A DNA stretch of 64,000 nucleotides from Owenweeksia sp. (lineage in GTDB: Bacteria; Bacteroidota; Bacteroidia; Flavobacteriales; Schleiferiaceae), in assembly GCA_028285465.1 (NCBI GenBank), contig JANQPD010000068.1:7458-71457 (forward strand). The letters run 5' to 3'. Shown here one piece after another: positions 45,591 to 55,766 of the stretch. The notes below the pieces were generated by a model. That model saw only the letters and a program-made list of their open reading frames with translations. It ran no database searches and had not been told where the DNA came from. Numbering within the stretch: the stretch's first letter is position 1; each line of letters starts with the position of its first letter. The position numbers and the translations under genes are program-made.

Positions 45591-46442
45591 ATGAAAAAAA
45601 AATGGGCAGCGTGGTACTTTAAAAAAATAGACCACCTCTTTCGGGCAACGGATAGAGAGCACATCAGGCGTACTAAAAACATAAAGCACATTCCCGGCTA
45701 TGCCCACCGTAGAGGCGGAAAGCTCTCCTATGCCGAATGGGCACACGTGATCGGCATCTTTCAAACCCTTATGTACCAGGTTTTGCCTTCTAAAAGCGGC
45801 AATACAATACTAGACATCGGGTGTGGCACCGGCTTACTGGGCATCTCTGCAGAACCCTTTGTTTCTGAAGGAGGCCGTTATACCGGTATTGATGTAATGC
45901 AAAAGGATATTGACTTTTGCCGTAAGCACTACACCACCGGCCCGTACGAGTTCATTCACTTCAATGTGGCCAACCCCACCTATGCCAAAGCACAACCCGA
46001 CACGCTCTCACCCTGGCCGGTGGAAGAAGGCACCTACGACCTTGTTACGGCACTCTCCGTATGGACGCATCTTAGCAAAAGAGATGCTACTTATTACTTT
46101 AAAGAGGTGCATCGCGTTTTAAAAAAAGGAGGAAAAGCAATCATCACTTTCTTTTTGCTGGACGAACATTACCGGGCATCCCTGCCTGGAAGAAGTAAGC
46201 AGCCGGGCAGGTTCCACGCTACCCCACAAAACAACTGGATCTTTGATACCCCGGCTTACGATGCTGCCCACTGGTTTACTACCGCACAGGCGCGTACTCC
46301 GGAAGATGTAATTGGGATAGACGAAGAAGGAATGAAAACCCTGCTGGCCGAAAGCGGGTTAAAAAGGGTACAATACTTTCCGGGCAATTGGAAAGAAACA
46401 CCAGGTGTGTTTTTCCAGGATGTTTTGATCCTGGAGAAATAA
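45591..46442 (+). CDS. Class I SAM-dependent methyltransferase
   Basis: ILDIGCGTGLLG SAM-binding motif. ATG at 45591. Confidence 0.75.
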   Translation: MKKKWAAWYFKKIDHLFRATDREHIRRTKNIKHIPGYAHRRGGKLSYAEWAHVIGIFQTLMYQVLPSKSGNTILDIGCGTGLLGISAEPFVSEGGRYTGIDVMQKDIDFCRKHYTTGPYEFIHFNVANPTYAKAQPDTLSPWPVEEGTYDLVTALSVWTHLSKRDATYYFKEVHRVLKKGGKAIITFFLLDEHYRASLPGRSKQPGRFHATPQNNWIFDTPAYDAAHWFTTAQARTPEDVIGIDEEGMKTLLAESGLKRVQYFPGNWKETPGVFFQDVLILEK

Positions 46443-46567
46443 AAAGCTACTCATAAACCGGAGTTTTTGCCTATAGTTTTTTGCTTTTTGTTTCCGCTTC
46501 ATAGCAAGTTTTGGGTTTTATACAAAAATCCGGTTTTACATCTTTGCTTGATTATGTTTACCTTAAA

Positions 46568-47410
46568 ATGAAGACACAAGAATCGGTGGATTACAGCCGT
46601 ATAGCCAAAGCCATCAGCTATATAAAGCAGCATTTCAAAGAACAGCCTGGCCTTGAGGAGATCGCGCAACACGTACAGCTAAGCCCCTCCCACTTTCAGA
46701 GGTTGTTTACGCAATGGGCAGGCACCAGCCCAAAAAAATTTGTACAGTACATGAGCGTGAATTATGCCAAAAGCCTGCTCCGGCAAAATCAGGCCACTTT
46801 GTTTGATGCGGCTTATGAAACAGGTTTATCCGGCACGGGCCGGCTTCACGACCTGTTCGTACACATCGAAGGGATGACCCCGGCCGAATACAAAAAAGGC
46901 GGGGAAAACTTATCCATTAATTACGCGTTTGCCGACAGCCCTTTTGGACCACTTCTCATTGCCTCCACAGAAAAAGGGATTTGCCATATGGCCTTCTTCA
47001 ACGAGGAAGCCGAAGCCTTTTCCAGGTTGGAAAAGACCTTTCAAAAAGCTAGTTTTTACAAGAGAACAGATCCCTTACAGCAAAGTGCCCTGGCTGTTTT
47101 TCAAGGTAATGGAGACCCTTTAGCCCAGGTAAAACTCCATTTGAAAGGCACTGCTTTTCAATTAAAGGTATGGGAAGCCCTTTTAAAAATACCTTTAGGT
47201 AAACTCTCTACTTACGGTACAATCGCACATGAAATAGATCGCCCCGGGGCTTCTCGTGCCGTAGGTACGGCTATCGGGCAAAACCCGGTAGCCTTCATCA
47301 TTCCCTGCCACAGGGTAATTCAAAGTTCGGGAGCTTTGGGCGGTTATATGTGGGGAGAAACGCGCAAAACGGCCATCATCGGGTGGGAAGCTTCCAGGGT
47401 GCACCTTTGA
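46568..47410 (+). CDS. AraC-type HTH fused to methylated-DNA-protein-cysteine methyltransferase (Ada/Ogt-like)
   Basis: AraC HTH (LSPSHFQRLFTQWAGTSPKKF) plus MGMT active site IIPCHRVI. ATG at 46568. Confidence 0.85.
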   Translation: MKTQESVDYSRIAKAISYIKQHFKEQPGLEEIAQHVQLSPSHFQRLFTQWAGTSPKKFVQYMSVNYAKSLLRQNQATLFDAAYETGLSGTGRLHDLFVHIEGMTPAEYKKGGENLSINYAFADSPFGPLLIASTEKGICHMAFFNEEAEAFSRLEKTFQKASFYKRTDPLQQSALAVFQGNGDPLAQVKLHLKGTAFQLKVWEALLKIPLGKLSTYGTIAHEIDRPGASRAVGTAIGQNPVAFIIPCHRVIQSSGALGGYMWGETRKTAIIGWEASRVHL

Positions 47411-47429
47411 AAACGAAAGGCCATACGCG

Positions 47430-49058
47430 TTATTTTTCTTCCTTCCATACTTTTTTCAGGTCCAGCATGTTCATAGCATTTCCCTCCAATCCGTGTACGT
47501 GTTTTGGATAAAAGCGCAGGACCTGATCGTAGTAAAGCGGTACGACAGCGGATTCAGCCATCACTAAACTATCCATCTTCCGGTATAGCCTTATGCGTAT
47601 ACTATCGCTTTTCACCAGGGTAGCCTGCTCATACCATTGGTCAAATCGGGTATGGCTAAACTGTGTATAATTAGGGCCATTGGGGGCTTTGTTCTCTGAA
47701 TGGAAAAGGGAGAGGTAATTTTCCCCATCCGGGTAATCCCCTATCCAGGAAGCCCGAAAAAAAGCCACTTTCCCGGTGGCAATAGACTGGCGCAAGGTAG
47801 AAGGTGGCGTTACTTCTACCTTTAGGCGGATGCCTGATTTGAGCAATTCGGCCTGTATGTATTCACAGAGGTCGAGGTAGCCCGCATTGGTCTGCAATTC
47901 TATCTCCGGCAGGCCCTGGCCTTTAGGAAAACCTGCCTCTGCCAAAAGTTTTGCTGTTTTTTCAGGCTTGTACGAATACCCGGGAACCCGGCCAGGGGCA
48001 TAGGCATCCAGGCCTTTGGGGATCATTCCTGAAAGTGCGGGTGTTCCAATGCTGTTCCGCAAGTATTTTAACATTTTTACCCGGTCAAAACCATAATTGA
48101 TGGCTTGCCTTACCTTCCTCAGGCGTATTGGGCTTTCTTTCGCTGCTGCCAGGCTGCTGTCGGTTAAAAACCCGAGGTACTCCGTGTTTAAGTAGGGCTG
48201 CCTGTATACTGCAAAACGATGGCTGTATTTTGGTTGTAAGTTCCCTTCGAAGGTCAGCAACTCATCCTTGTATGAAGGGTCGATCCCCGAAACAAGGTCG
48301 AGCTTGCCTTTTACAAATTCCATAAAAGCCGACTGCTTGTCGGGAATAAAAGAAATGGCCACGGCTTCCAGATAAGGCAGTTTGTTTCCTTCTTCATCCT
48401 GCTCCCAATATGCCTTGTGCTTACGCAGTACCAGTTTTTCGTTGGGCACCCAAAGTTTCTTGTAAAAAGGACCGGTGCCTACGGGGTTCTCCCTGAAATC
48501 ATCACCGTAAAAGGTAACGGCCTCCTCGGGTATCACAGAACAATACTTCATGCTCAAAATACCTAAGAAGGGGGGAAAAGCCTCTTTAAGCCTGATCTCC
48601 AATACCGTATCGGAAATAGCGGTAAAGCCCTCTACATTTTTAAACACCCAGGCGCCCGGGGCGGCCAGTTCAGCCGAACGCAGGCGCTCGAAACTGTACA
48701 CAAAGTCTTGTGCGCGGACAGCCCGCGTAGAGTCTCGTCCAAAACAGGCATTTTTATGGAAAAGCACCTTCTTACGCAGGTAGAATGTATACCGTCTGTT
48801 GCTGTCTTCTATTTCCCAACGGGTAGCGATGGCCGGTTGTAGTTTTAAATTCCGGTCCATCTGTATCAAACCATTGTACAAGGCATTGCAGGCCCAAATG
48901 CTATATTGGTCTCGTGCAAAAGCCGGATCCAGGGAAGCTATTCCGCTGTGGGCATTAAAGCGAAAAATATCCCGGACATTATGCCTGGGAGGGCCTTCAC
49001 AAGACACCAAAGCCAATAAAAGAAAAAGGGGAAAACGCTTACACCAATACATCCGCAT
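47430..49058 (-). CDS. ABC transporter substrate-binding lipoprotein, family 5 (peptide/nickel)
   Basis: 542 aa with lipobox LLALVSC. The SBP_bac_5-like pattern was recognised by eye. Confidence 0.8.
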   Translation of the reverse strand: MRMYWCKRFPLFLLLALVSCEGPPRHNVRDIFRFNAHSGIASLDPAFARDQYSIWACNALYNGLIQMDRNLKLQPAIATRWEIEDSNRRYTFYLRKKVLFHKNACFGRDSTRAVRAQDFVYSFERLRSAELAAPGAWVFKNVEGFTAISDTVLEIRLKEAFPPFLGILSMKYCSVIPEEAVTFYGDDFRENPVGTGPFYKKLWVPNEKLVLRKHKAYWEQDEEGNKLPYLEAVAISFIPDKQSAFMEFVKGKLDLVSGIDPSYKDELLTFEGNLQPKYSHRFAVYRQPYLNTEYLGFLTDSSLAAAKESPIRLRKVRQAINYGFDRVKMLKYLRNSIGTPALSGMIPKGLDAYAPGRVPGYSYKPEKTAKLLAEAGFPKGQGLPEIELQTNAGYLDLCEYIQAELLKSGIRLKVEVTPPSTLRQSIATGKVAFFRASWIGDYPDGENYLSLFHSENKAPNGPNYTQFSHTRFDQWYEQATLVKSDSIRIRLYRKMDSLVMAESAVVPLYYDQVLRFYPKHVHGLEGNAMNMLDLKKVWKEEK

Positions 49059-49332
49059 ATTTATTGCGCTTGGCAGTCATGTATTTTTTGGCAAAAGGAC
49101 AGATGGGCACGATCTTAAGTTGTCGGGTCCGGGCATAATCCGCTACCACATCTATCAATTGACCTGCTGCTCCACTCCCCTGCAGGTCGCGGGAAACCTC
49201 CGTATGGTTTATAACCAAACGACCGGAAGCAAAAAGGGTATAAAAAAGGCTGGCGGCTTTTTCATTGTTCTGATCAATCACAAATTCGCCCCCGTTTTCT
49301 TCTTTGATGTGCTCAATTTCAAATCGTTTCAT
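49039..49332 (-). CDS. Small GNAT-fold N-acetyltransferase (YjdJ-like)
   Basis: 97 aa with the GQLIDVVADYARTRQLKIVPICPFAKKYM motif. Confidence 0.7.
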   Translation of the reverse strand: MKRFEIEHIKEENGGEFVIDQNNEKAASLFYTLFASGRLVINHTEVSRDLQGSGAAGQLIDVVADYARTRQLKIVPICPFAKKYMTAKRNKYADVLV

Positions 49333-50266
49333 CTCTCCAGGTTTCTATTTTGTTTATAAGCGTTAAGGCCTTTTTTTGATTTGACTCTTTTGTCCAACCT
49401 GCAATATGCGGGCTCAGGAGTACTTTATCGGAGTGTAGCAGGTAGTGGAAATCAGCCGGCAGGTCCTGTTCAAACATATGTTCAAAAGAGGCCTTTTCGT
49501 ATTCCAACACGTCCAGGCAGGCACCCAGAACCTGCCCGCTTCTCAGGCCTGCAACCAGTGCGCTGGTTTGCAACACTTTACCTCTCGCAGTGTTAATGAG
49601 GTATAGCGGCTTAGCGCAATTTTGCAGAAAGGCATGGTCTACTAAATAGGTGGTTTCTTCTGTTTGGGGTATATGAAGGCTGATGATGTCTGCTTTTCGT
49701 TGCAGGGTTTCCAGGCTTACCTCTTCTACCTGGTCGTTTCCAAAACCTGTTTTGTATTTATCATAAACCAATACTTCCACATCAAACCCGCGAAGCTTCT
49801 CAGCAAAAGCAGATCCCATATACCCATAGCCAATCAGTCCTACTGTTTTTCCCTCTAGCTCTATGCCCCGGTTGGCCTCCCGCAACCATTTACCCTGGCG
49901 CACCTGTGCGTCTGCACGTTTCAGGTTATTAAAAAGCATCAGTAACATGCCCAAGGCGTGCTCCCCTACTGCATTCCGGTTGCCCTCGGGAGCATTAAAG
50001 ACCCGTACGCCATGCCGCGTGGCCGCAGCGGTATCAATATTTTCCATCCCCGCCCCTACTCTGCCGATAAACCTGAGTGCAGGTGCGTTAAGCAATAGTT
50101 GTTCATCAACGGGAAAACGGCTTCGGAGAATCAGCCCCGTGCAATCTTTTAGCTTTGCGAAAAGGGCTTCTTCTTTTTCTACAAAGGCTTCGGTTACAGC
50201 AAAGCCCAGTTCCTGTAAGCCTTCCCGTAAAAAGGGGTGTACGGTATCCGCGATCAGCACTTTCAT
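49319..50266 (-). CDS. D-isomer-specific 2-hydroxyacid dehydrogenase (phosphoglycerate dehydrogenase-like)
   Basis: 315 aa with NAD motif GLIGYGYMGSAFAEKL and a C-terminal HIAGWT. Confidence 0.85.
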   Translation of the reverse strand: MKVLIADTVHPFLREGLQELGFAVTEAFVEKEEALFAKLKDCTGLILRSRFPVDEQLLLNAPALRFIGRVGAGMENIDTAAATRHGVRVFNAPEGNRNAVGEHALGMLLMLFNNLKRADAQVRQGKWLREANRGIELEGKTVGLIGYGYMGSAFAEKLRGFDVEVLVYDKYKTGFGNDQVEEVSLETLQRKADIISLHIPQTEETTYLVDHAFLQNCAKPLYLINTARGKVLQTSALVAGLRSGQVLGACLDVLEYEKASFEHMFEQDLPADFHYLLHSDKVLLSPHIAGWTKESNQKKALTLINKIETWRDETI

Positions 50267-51870
50267 TTTCCATTCGTTTCGGTGGGTGTGGTATCGGGTC
50301 CGTCCCGGTGTGCCCTATAATGCGGCGACATGATCTCTACGCCATTCCGGGCAAAAATATCCTGGATAAGAGCATGTAGGTCTGAATAGATCTTTGCCTG
50401 TCGTTCCGGGGCATTGGTATAGGCATTGATCTGGTACGAAACATAGAAATCATCCAGGGAGGTTTGTAACACAAACGGTTTAGGTATCTCTTCAATAAAA
50501 GGGGTTTGACAAGCTGCCTCTATAAGCATTTTGTGCACCTTACGCCACGGCACGTCATACCCGATCGTTACCGTACTGTGAACAACCAGTCCATCACTGC
50601 GGTCGCTGGACTGGCTGAAATTAATACTGGCGCTGGCCAGCACCTGGCTATTGGGCACGGTAATGATTTCATTCTTAATGGTTTTTACACGGGTAACCAA
50701 AAGATTTTTTTCAATGATGTCGCCATATGTTTCTGCAATTTTCACCCTGTCCCCCAGTTTATACGGCCGCATATACGTAATAACCAAGCCTGCCACAATG
50801 TTGCTGATGGCCGAAGAAGAACCCAATGAGATCAACAAACCCAGAAATACGGATACGCCTTTGAACACAGCACTATCCGAACCCGGTAAATACGGCCAGA
50901 TCAGGACCAGCATAAAGGCATAAAGCAAAAAGTTTACAATGCGTGCCGTGGGAACTGCCCAATCGGGATAGAAATTATTTAGGTGTAGCTTTCCTTCCTG
51001 TATTTCCCGCGCCAGGAAGCGGACGCCTTTTGTGAGGTAGTGGATCACAAAATAGATGACCAGGATAGTAAAGAGATTGGGAATATAACCTATAATAGCC
51101 CTGATCACCTTAGTAATGGGGCTTACAATGTAATTGATCAGGGTGTTTGCCAGGCCCTCCGTCCAGGGAAAAATGCTGAACAGTATGGGTAAAGTAAGGT
51201 ACAGCAAAAAGAGCAGAAAGAAAATGCGCAGTATATTCAATACAACCAATACTACCTGAGTAAGGCGTTCTTCGGTTATAAATTCGTAATTCCTGAAGGA
51301 AATGCCCTTGAGGTATACACCTTTTAGCCGCTCAACACGTACTGCAAGGAATTTGAATAAGCGGTTGACATAGCGAATTACAAAACCGCTCACAAAAATT
51401 ACCAGGAGCGCCAGGCCTATTTGGATCAGGAGGTTCTTAAGGTCGACACCAGTTACATAGGCATTGCATTTGAGACTCAATTCCTGGCGGTAGTTTTCTG
51501 CGAGCCTTACCAGGTTTTGCTCCTCGTACCAGGCCGCATCTTCACTGGTAATGTAGTGTACCAAACCGCCCCGGTAGTTTATCTGCACCACATTTTCATT
51601 CACTAGCTGAACGGAAAAACTGTCCGGATAAAACTCTGCCGCAGACATGATTTCATCGAGATGCCGGTTCGCCAGGCTGGCCCTGTCTGTTGCGCTATAG
51701 CCATTTATGCTGCTATAAAGGGTGAAAACGGTATCCTCATCAACCAGTATATGCGCCCTACCCGCATAAAGCGTACTGTCCACCTCAAGGCGCGTGGAAT
51801 CCTTTTGCGCCCAAAGGCCCTGTGCAAGCAAAAAGAGCAGCAAGAAGCTGCTGTATTTCAGGAAATGCAT
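50263..51870 (-). CDS. MscS-family mechanosensitive channel with signal peptide and about 150-aa periplasmic N-terminal domain
   Basis: 535 aa. The ISNIVAGLVITYMRPYKLGDRVKI...LLVTRVKTIKNEIITVPNS region is the MscS TM3/beta-domain signature. N-terminus MHFLKYSSFLLLFLLAQGLWAQ. Confidence 0.85.
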   Translation of the reverse strand: MHFLKYSSFLLLFLLAQGLWAQKDSTRLEVDSTLYAGRAHILVDEDTVFTLYSSINGYSATDRASLANRHLDEIMSAAEFYPDSFSVQLVNENVVQINYRGGLVHYITSEDAAWYEEQNLVRLAENYRQELSLKCNAYVTGVDLKNLLIQIGLALLVIFVSGFVIRYVNRLFKFLAVRVERLKGVYLKGISFRNYEFITEERLTQVVLVVLNILRIFFLLFLLYLTLPILFSIFPWTEGLANTLINYIVSPITKVIRAIIGYIPNLFTILVIYFVIHYLTKGVRFLAREIQEGKLHLNNFYPDWAVPTARIVNFLLYAFMLVLIWPYLPGSDSAVFKGVSVFLGLLISLGSSSAISNIVAGLVITYMRPYKLGDRVKIAETYGDIIEKNLLVTRVKTIKNEIITVPNSQVLASASINFSQSSDRSDGLVVHSTVTIGYDVPWRKVHKMLIEAACQTPFIEEIPKPFVLQTSLDDFYVSYQINAYTNAPERQAKIYSDLHALIQDIFARNGVEIMSPHYRAHRDGPDTTPTETNGK

Positions 51871-52778
51871 TATTCTCTATAGTTTAAACGCCATGAAATG
51901 CCTGTAGTAAAAGCCCATGTATTCTGAAACAAGCGCCTGTCATCCTCAATAAACTCACCGGTTAATACTACGCGGTAGGAACCTTCCAGGTCTAAAGCTA
52001 TGTCATTTGTAAGGAAATAGCCAAAACCTAAGAAATAACCTGATTCGTAATTGTTGTCGGTGGTCTGTAAAGAGAGCATGCGCTCGTAATTAAAGCCCGA
52101 TTGGAAAAGGAGGTCTTTGAGCAAATAGCGCAATGAGATCCGGGCAAGCAACCTGTCGGGATTGATCTCCGAGTAAGAAAAACCCAGGTTGGTGGTTAGA
52201 ATAAAGTGCTGTGTAAAGGCTTTGGAGTGCAACAAGAACAAACTGCCTTTGAATGCTGCACCTTCCAGGTCCTTAGTATCAAAATCATAGCCTGCATCTG
52301 CCTGTACGGCAAAATCCACTCCACTTTCGGGCTTGTGGATAAGGTTAGTACGCAAACCTATATCTACCCCCATCAGGTTGCTATAGCCAGCCCGGGCATA
52401 AAAGCTGTTTCCTTCAGCCAGTAGGGTGCGGCCGGTATAGTTAACACGCGCCCTGACTTCGAAGCGTTCGAAAAGCCCATAGCGGATCACATTATTCAGC
52501 TGGTGTGTTTGCCGGCCATACACAGAGTCATATACGAGCTGACCGTTAATCGCCTCTTCTCTAACCTGCGCTTGTTCCAAACGCATATCGTAAAAGGCAT
52601 ATCCATTTTGAAACTGCAATATGTTTCTCCCTACAGTTCCCGCACCTACTGTGTTTCCCGGGCGGGCCGTACCTATTTGAGGGGTATATTGAGCTTGTAT
52701 GGAAGAGGTATATAGCCCAATAAAAACAAAAAAGGCAGGAATTATGCGTCTGATCACGAAAGAAACTAATGTTATCAA
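51870..52778 (-). CDS. Putative outer-membrane beta-barrel protein
   Basis: 302 aa with a signal peptide ending SIQAQ, alternating hydrophobic strands rich in aromatics and Gly, and a C-terminal aromatic (WRLNYRE). Family not recognised. Confidence 0.45.
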   Translation of the reverse strand: MITLVSFVIRRIIPAFFVFIGLYTSSIQAQYTPQIGTARPGNTVGAGTVGRNILQFQNGYAFYDMRLEQAQVREEAINGQLVYDSVYGRQTHQLNNVIRYGLFERFEVRARVNYTGRTLLAEGNSFYARAGYSNLMGVDIGLRTNLIHKPESGVDFAVQADAGYDFDTKDLEGAAFKGSLFLLHSKAFTQHFILTTNLGFSYSEINPDRLLARISLRYLLKDLLFQSGFNYERMLSLQTTDNNYESGYFLGFGYFLTNDIALDLEGSYRVVLTGEFIEDDRRLFQNTWAFTTGISWRLNYRE

Positions 52779-52902
52779 AGGTAAAGGTAAGCACTTTAAT
52801 GCCTTTCCAGCTATCTGATCTTATGATGAGAGCAGGAACCTTAACCTGTAAGCTTATCAGTACCTCAGGCCTTTTGCTTTTTTACCGGGTACAAAATGGA
52901 CA

Positions 52903-54255
52903 TCATACGCCTAAGATCAAATGGCCAATAGTAAAGTAAATAAACAACCCTAAAATATCGTTCATGGTGGTGATAAAAGGACCCGTTGCCAGGGCCGGGT
53001 CGATTTTATACTTATCCAGTACAATGGGCACCGAAGTACCGATCAGGGCCGCTGCCAGGATAACAATAAGCAATGCCAGGGCCACCACCAGGCTAAGGCG
53101 GGTACCGTATCCTAGCAAAAGTCCGGCCCCTATTATCAAAACCGAACAGATCAAGCCATTGAGAAGGGCCACCAATACTTCCTTCACCAGGCGGGCCCAA
53201 AGGGTTCCCATTAAAGTTTTACCCGCCAGCGCCTGTACTACAATAGCACTCGATTGTACCCCCACGTTTCCCCCCATCGCTGCGATAAGGGGAATAAAAA
53301 AGGCCATTTTGGGCAATTCCCCTATGGTATCTTCATAGCGGCCGATCACGGCAGCTGCCAGGATGCCTCCCATAAGCCCGATCACCAGCCAGGGCAAACG
53401 GGCACGGGTAATGGTCATCACGTTATCGTCTGACTCTACCTCTTCCGTAAGACCAGAAGCGAGGTTGTAATCTTCCTTGGCTTCCTCGCGTATGAGATCA
53501 AGGACATCATCAATGGTAATGCGCCCCAGGAGTTGCCCGAGGGCATTTATGACGGGCATTACCACCATATCGTACTTTTGCATGGTAATCCCTACCGAGG
53601 CTCCATCTTCCGTAGCTTCTACGCTTTTTATACTCTTGTTGTATACCTCGGAAATCGGGCTGCGGGTGCTCGTGGTCAACAGCTTTTTGAGGCTTAAAGT
53701 CCCCAGCAAGCGATTTTGATCATCTACTACATATACACTGTGTACCTGGTCTACATGCTCAGCCTGCTTGCGCATTTCTTTTACACATTGCAGCACGTTC
53801 CAGTTTACATTTACTTTTACGAGTTCTGTGGCCATTAAGGCACCCGCTGTATTTTCCTGGTACACCAGGAGTTCAGCGATATCCTTGGCCTGGTCGGGAT
53901 CCTCAATGGAGTGCATCACTTCCCGTTTCCGGTCTGCACTTAATTCATTGATCAGGTCTGCCGCGTCATCTGAATCGAGGTTGCTGATAAGCCCGGTGGC
54001 AATCTCTTTTCCGCTGTATTCCTCCAGGATCTCCGCTCTTTGATCTTCATCCAATTCTACGAGTACCTCGGCCGATTGCTCATCATCCAACGCGTGGATA
54101 AGCGCCTTGGCCGCCTCCAACGAAAGGCTTTCTACTACCTCCGCGATATCCGCCGGGTGTACCTCCGTCATCTCCCGGGCACGTTGTGCCGCCTTACCCG
54201 CTTGCAGATCGGCTTCAAGCTGAGCTATGTAATCGTCATTTAATTCAAGATCCAT
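52903..54255 (-). CDS. mgtE: Magnesium transporter MgtE
   Basis: 450 aa with an acidic N-domain, CBS pair, and the membrane-domain motif PLIAAMGGNVGVQSSAI. Confidence 0.92.
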   Translation of the reverse strand: MDLELNDDYIAQLEADLQAGKAAQRAREMTEVHPADIAEVVESLSLEAAKALIHALDDEQSAEVLVELDEDQRAEILEEYSGKEIATGLISNLDSDDAADLINELSADRKREVMHSIEDPDQAKDIAELLVYQENTAGALMATELVKVNVNWNVLQCVKEMRKQAEHVDQVHSVYVVDDQNRLLGTLSLKKLLTTSTRSPISEVYNKSIKSVEATEDGASVGITMQKYDMVVMPVINALGQLLGRITIDDVLDLIREEAKEDYNLASGLTEEVESDDNVMTITRARLPWLVIGLMGGILAAAVIGRYEDTIGELPKMAFFIPLIAAMGGNVGVQSSAIVVQALAGKTLMGTLWARLVKEVLVALLNGLICSVLIIGAGLLLGYGTRLSLVVALALLIVILAAALIGTSVPIVLDKYKIDPALATGPFITTMNDILGLFIYFTIGHLILGV

Positions 54256-55021
54256 GGGGAAGTACGCTATTGGTTAGCAACACAAAATCCTCAGGAGCAA
54301 GCTGTTCAGCACGTAAGCCAAGCAGCTGCTCTACTTTTTCGGTCCGGTCTAAAGTAATGGATTTAAGGGCATTCCTCAAAGTCTTTCTGCGTTGGTTAAA
54401 AGCCGTTTTTACAATGTGTTTGAGTTGCTTTTCATCAAACGGTTCGTTAACCAAGTCCCGTCTTTTCATGCGGATTACCCCGGAACGCACTTTAGGAGGC
54501 GGGTTAAATACTTCCGGCTCTACGGTAAACAGGTATTCCCGCTCATAATACAGTGCACAAAAAACACTGATGATGCCGTAGGTTTTACTTCCCGGGCCGG
54601 CAACAAGGCGCTCCGCCACTTCTTTTTGGAACATTCCTCCAATTTCAGGGATTTGATCGCGGTATTCCAGGGCTTTAAAGATAATCTGGCTGCTGATGTT
54701 ATACGGGTAGTTTCCTATAAGGGCAAAAGGACCGGGAAAAATGCGGTCCAGAGGCAACTGCAGGAAATCTCCTGCAATGAGCTGCTCTTTTTCAAGTTCA
54801 AATTGACGTTTTAGATACGCTACTGATTCCGCATCGATCTCTACCAGCCAAAGCTTCTCCGGCCGTTGCAATAAAAAACGGGTAAGCACCCCTGTGCCCG
54901 GACCTATTTCTACCACCTGCTCATAACCTCCCCCTTCCAGGCTTTGTGCAATACGCCGGGCTACAAAAGCATCTTTTAAGAAATGCTGCCCCAGGTGTTT
55001 TTTTGGTTTTACGGTGTTCAT
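54245..55021 (-). CDS. rsmA: 16S rRNA (adenine1518/1519-N6)-dimethyltransferase
   Basis: KKHLGQHFL and VVEIGPGTGVLT motifs. I set the start to the ATG at 55019-55021; an alternative is 55028-55030. Confidence 0.9.
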   Translation of the reverse strand: MNTVKPKKHLGQHFLKDAFVARRIAQSLEGGGYEQVVEIGPGTGVLTRFLLQRPEKLWLVEIDAESVAYLKRQFELEKEQLIAGDFLQLPLDRIFPGPFALIGNYPYNISSQIIFKALEYRDQIPEIGGMFQKEVAERLVAGPGSKTYGIISVFCALYYEREYLFTVEPEVFNPPPKVRSGVIRMKRRDLVNEPFDEKQLKHIVKTAFNQRRKTLRNALKSITLDRTEKVEQLLGLRAEQLAPEDFVLLTNSVLPHGS

Positions 55022-55766
55022 AATAGGCATTCGTGCAGAGCGGGCAATATAGCGTTTATGTTTTGTTGCGTTACCACATCCATGTGGCGTTTCGCGTACC
55101 ACTTTATCTCTCAATCTGCTATCATCTCAAAAACAACATACTGCACTGGTGTAGCCGCCGGGCATCAAAAACGTATTTGTCCCATATACCTGCAGGTTAC
55201 GCTTGTTAAAAAATGCGCAACGCTTCTTTCCAAAACAACTACGTACCTCAGTTAGCCGGTGAAATCAAATGTTGGCTTTCTTTAATTAGCAAAAAGTTAA
55301 CGCGTAAAGCTGCAACGCTCAATGCAGCGATACACTAAACAAAACGATTATGTACAAAAAACCTATCGGCCTCATTGCCTTTGGATGCCCGCTCTTATTG
55401 ATCAGCGCATATTCGAAGGATAAAGAGGAAATCGCTAACGCTCCTAAGAAAACTGCAGATTCCGGGTTGTTATGGGCGGATTGCTTTAGCAACAAAATTC
55501 AAAATGAACAGGAAAAAGATGAAATTTTCGACTTTGTGAGCTAAGTACACTGTGGCACAATTCCTTCCTGGAGAGGATACCGCCGGGACTGGATTGACAA
55601 CAAAAGATAGTGCTATGGCTCAATACCAGTTCGGTTGTATGGATTTTCCTTCCATAGAACAATTTTGTAAGCATTTACTATCAGAATACACTTACACGTA
55701 TAAAATGAATTTTTAGCTCTTGCTCTGTCAAGCTCTAACCCAAACATTAATCTAAATCAATTCACC

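Noticed and set aside
55350-55544. The 64-aa ORF as a real lipoprotein gene.
   Set aside because: It is short, has no recognisable family, sits in a low-GC spacer, and has only a weak lipobox. I kept it only as part of a low-interest finding.
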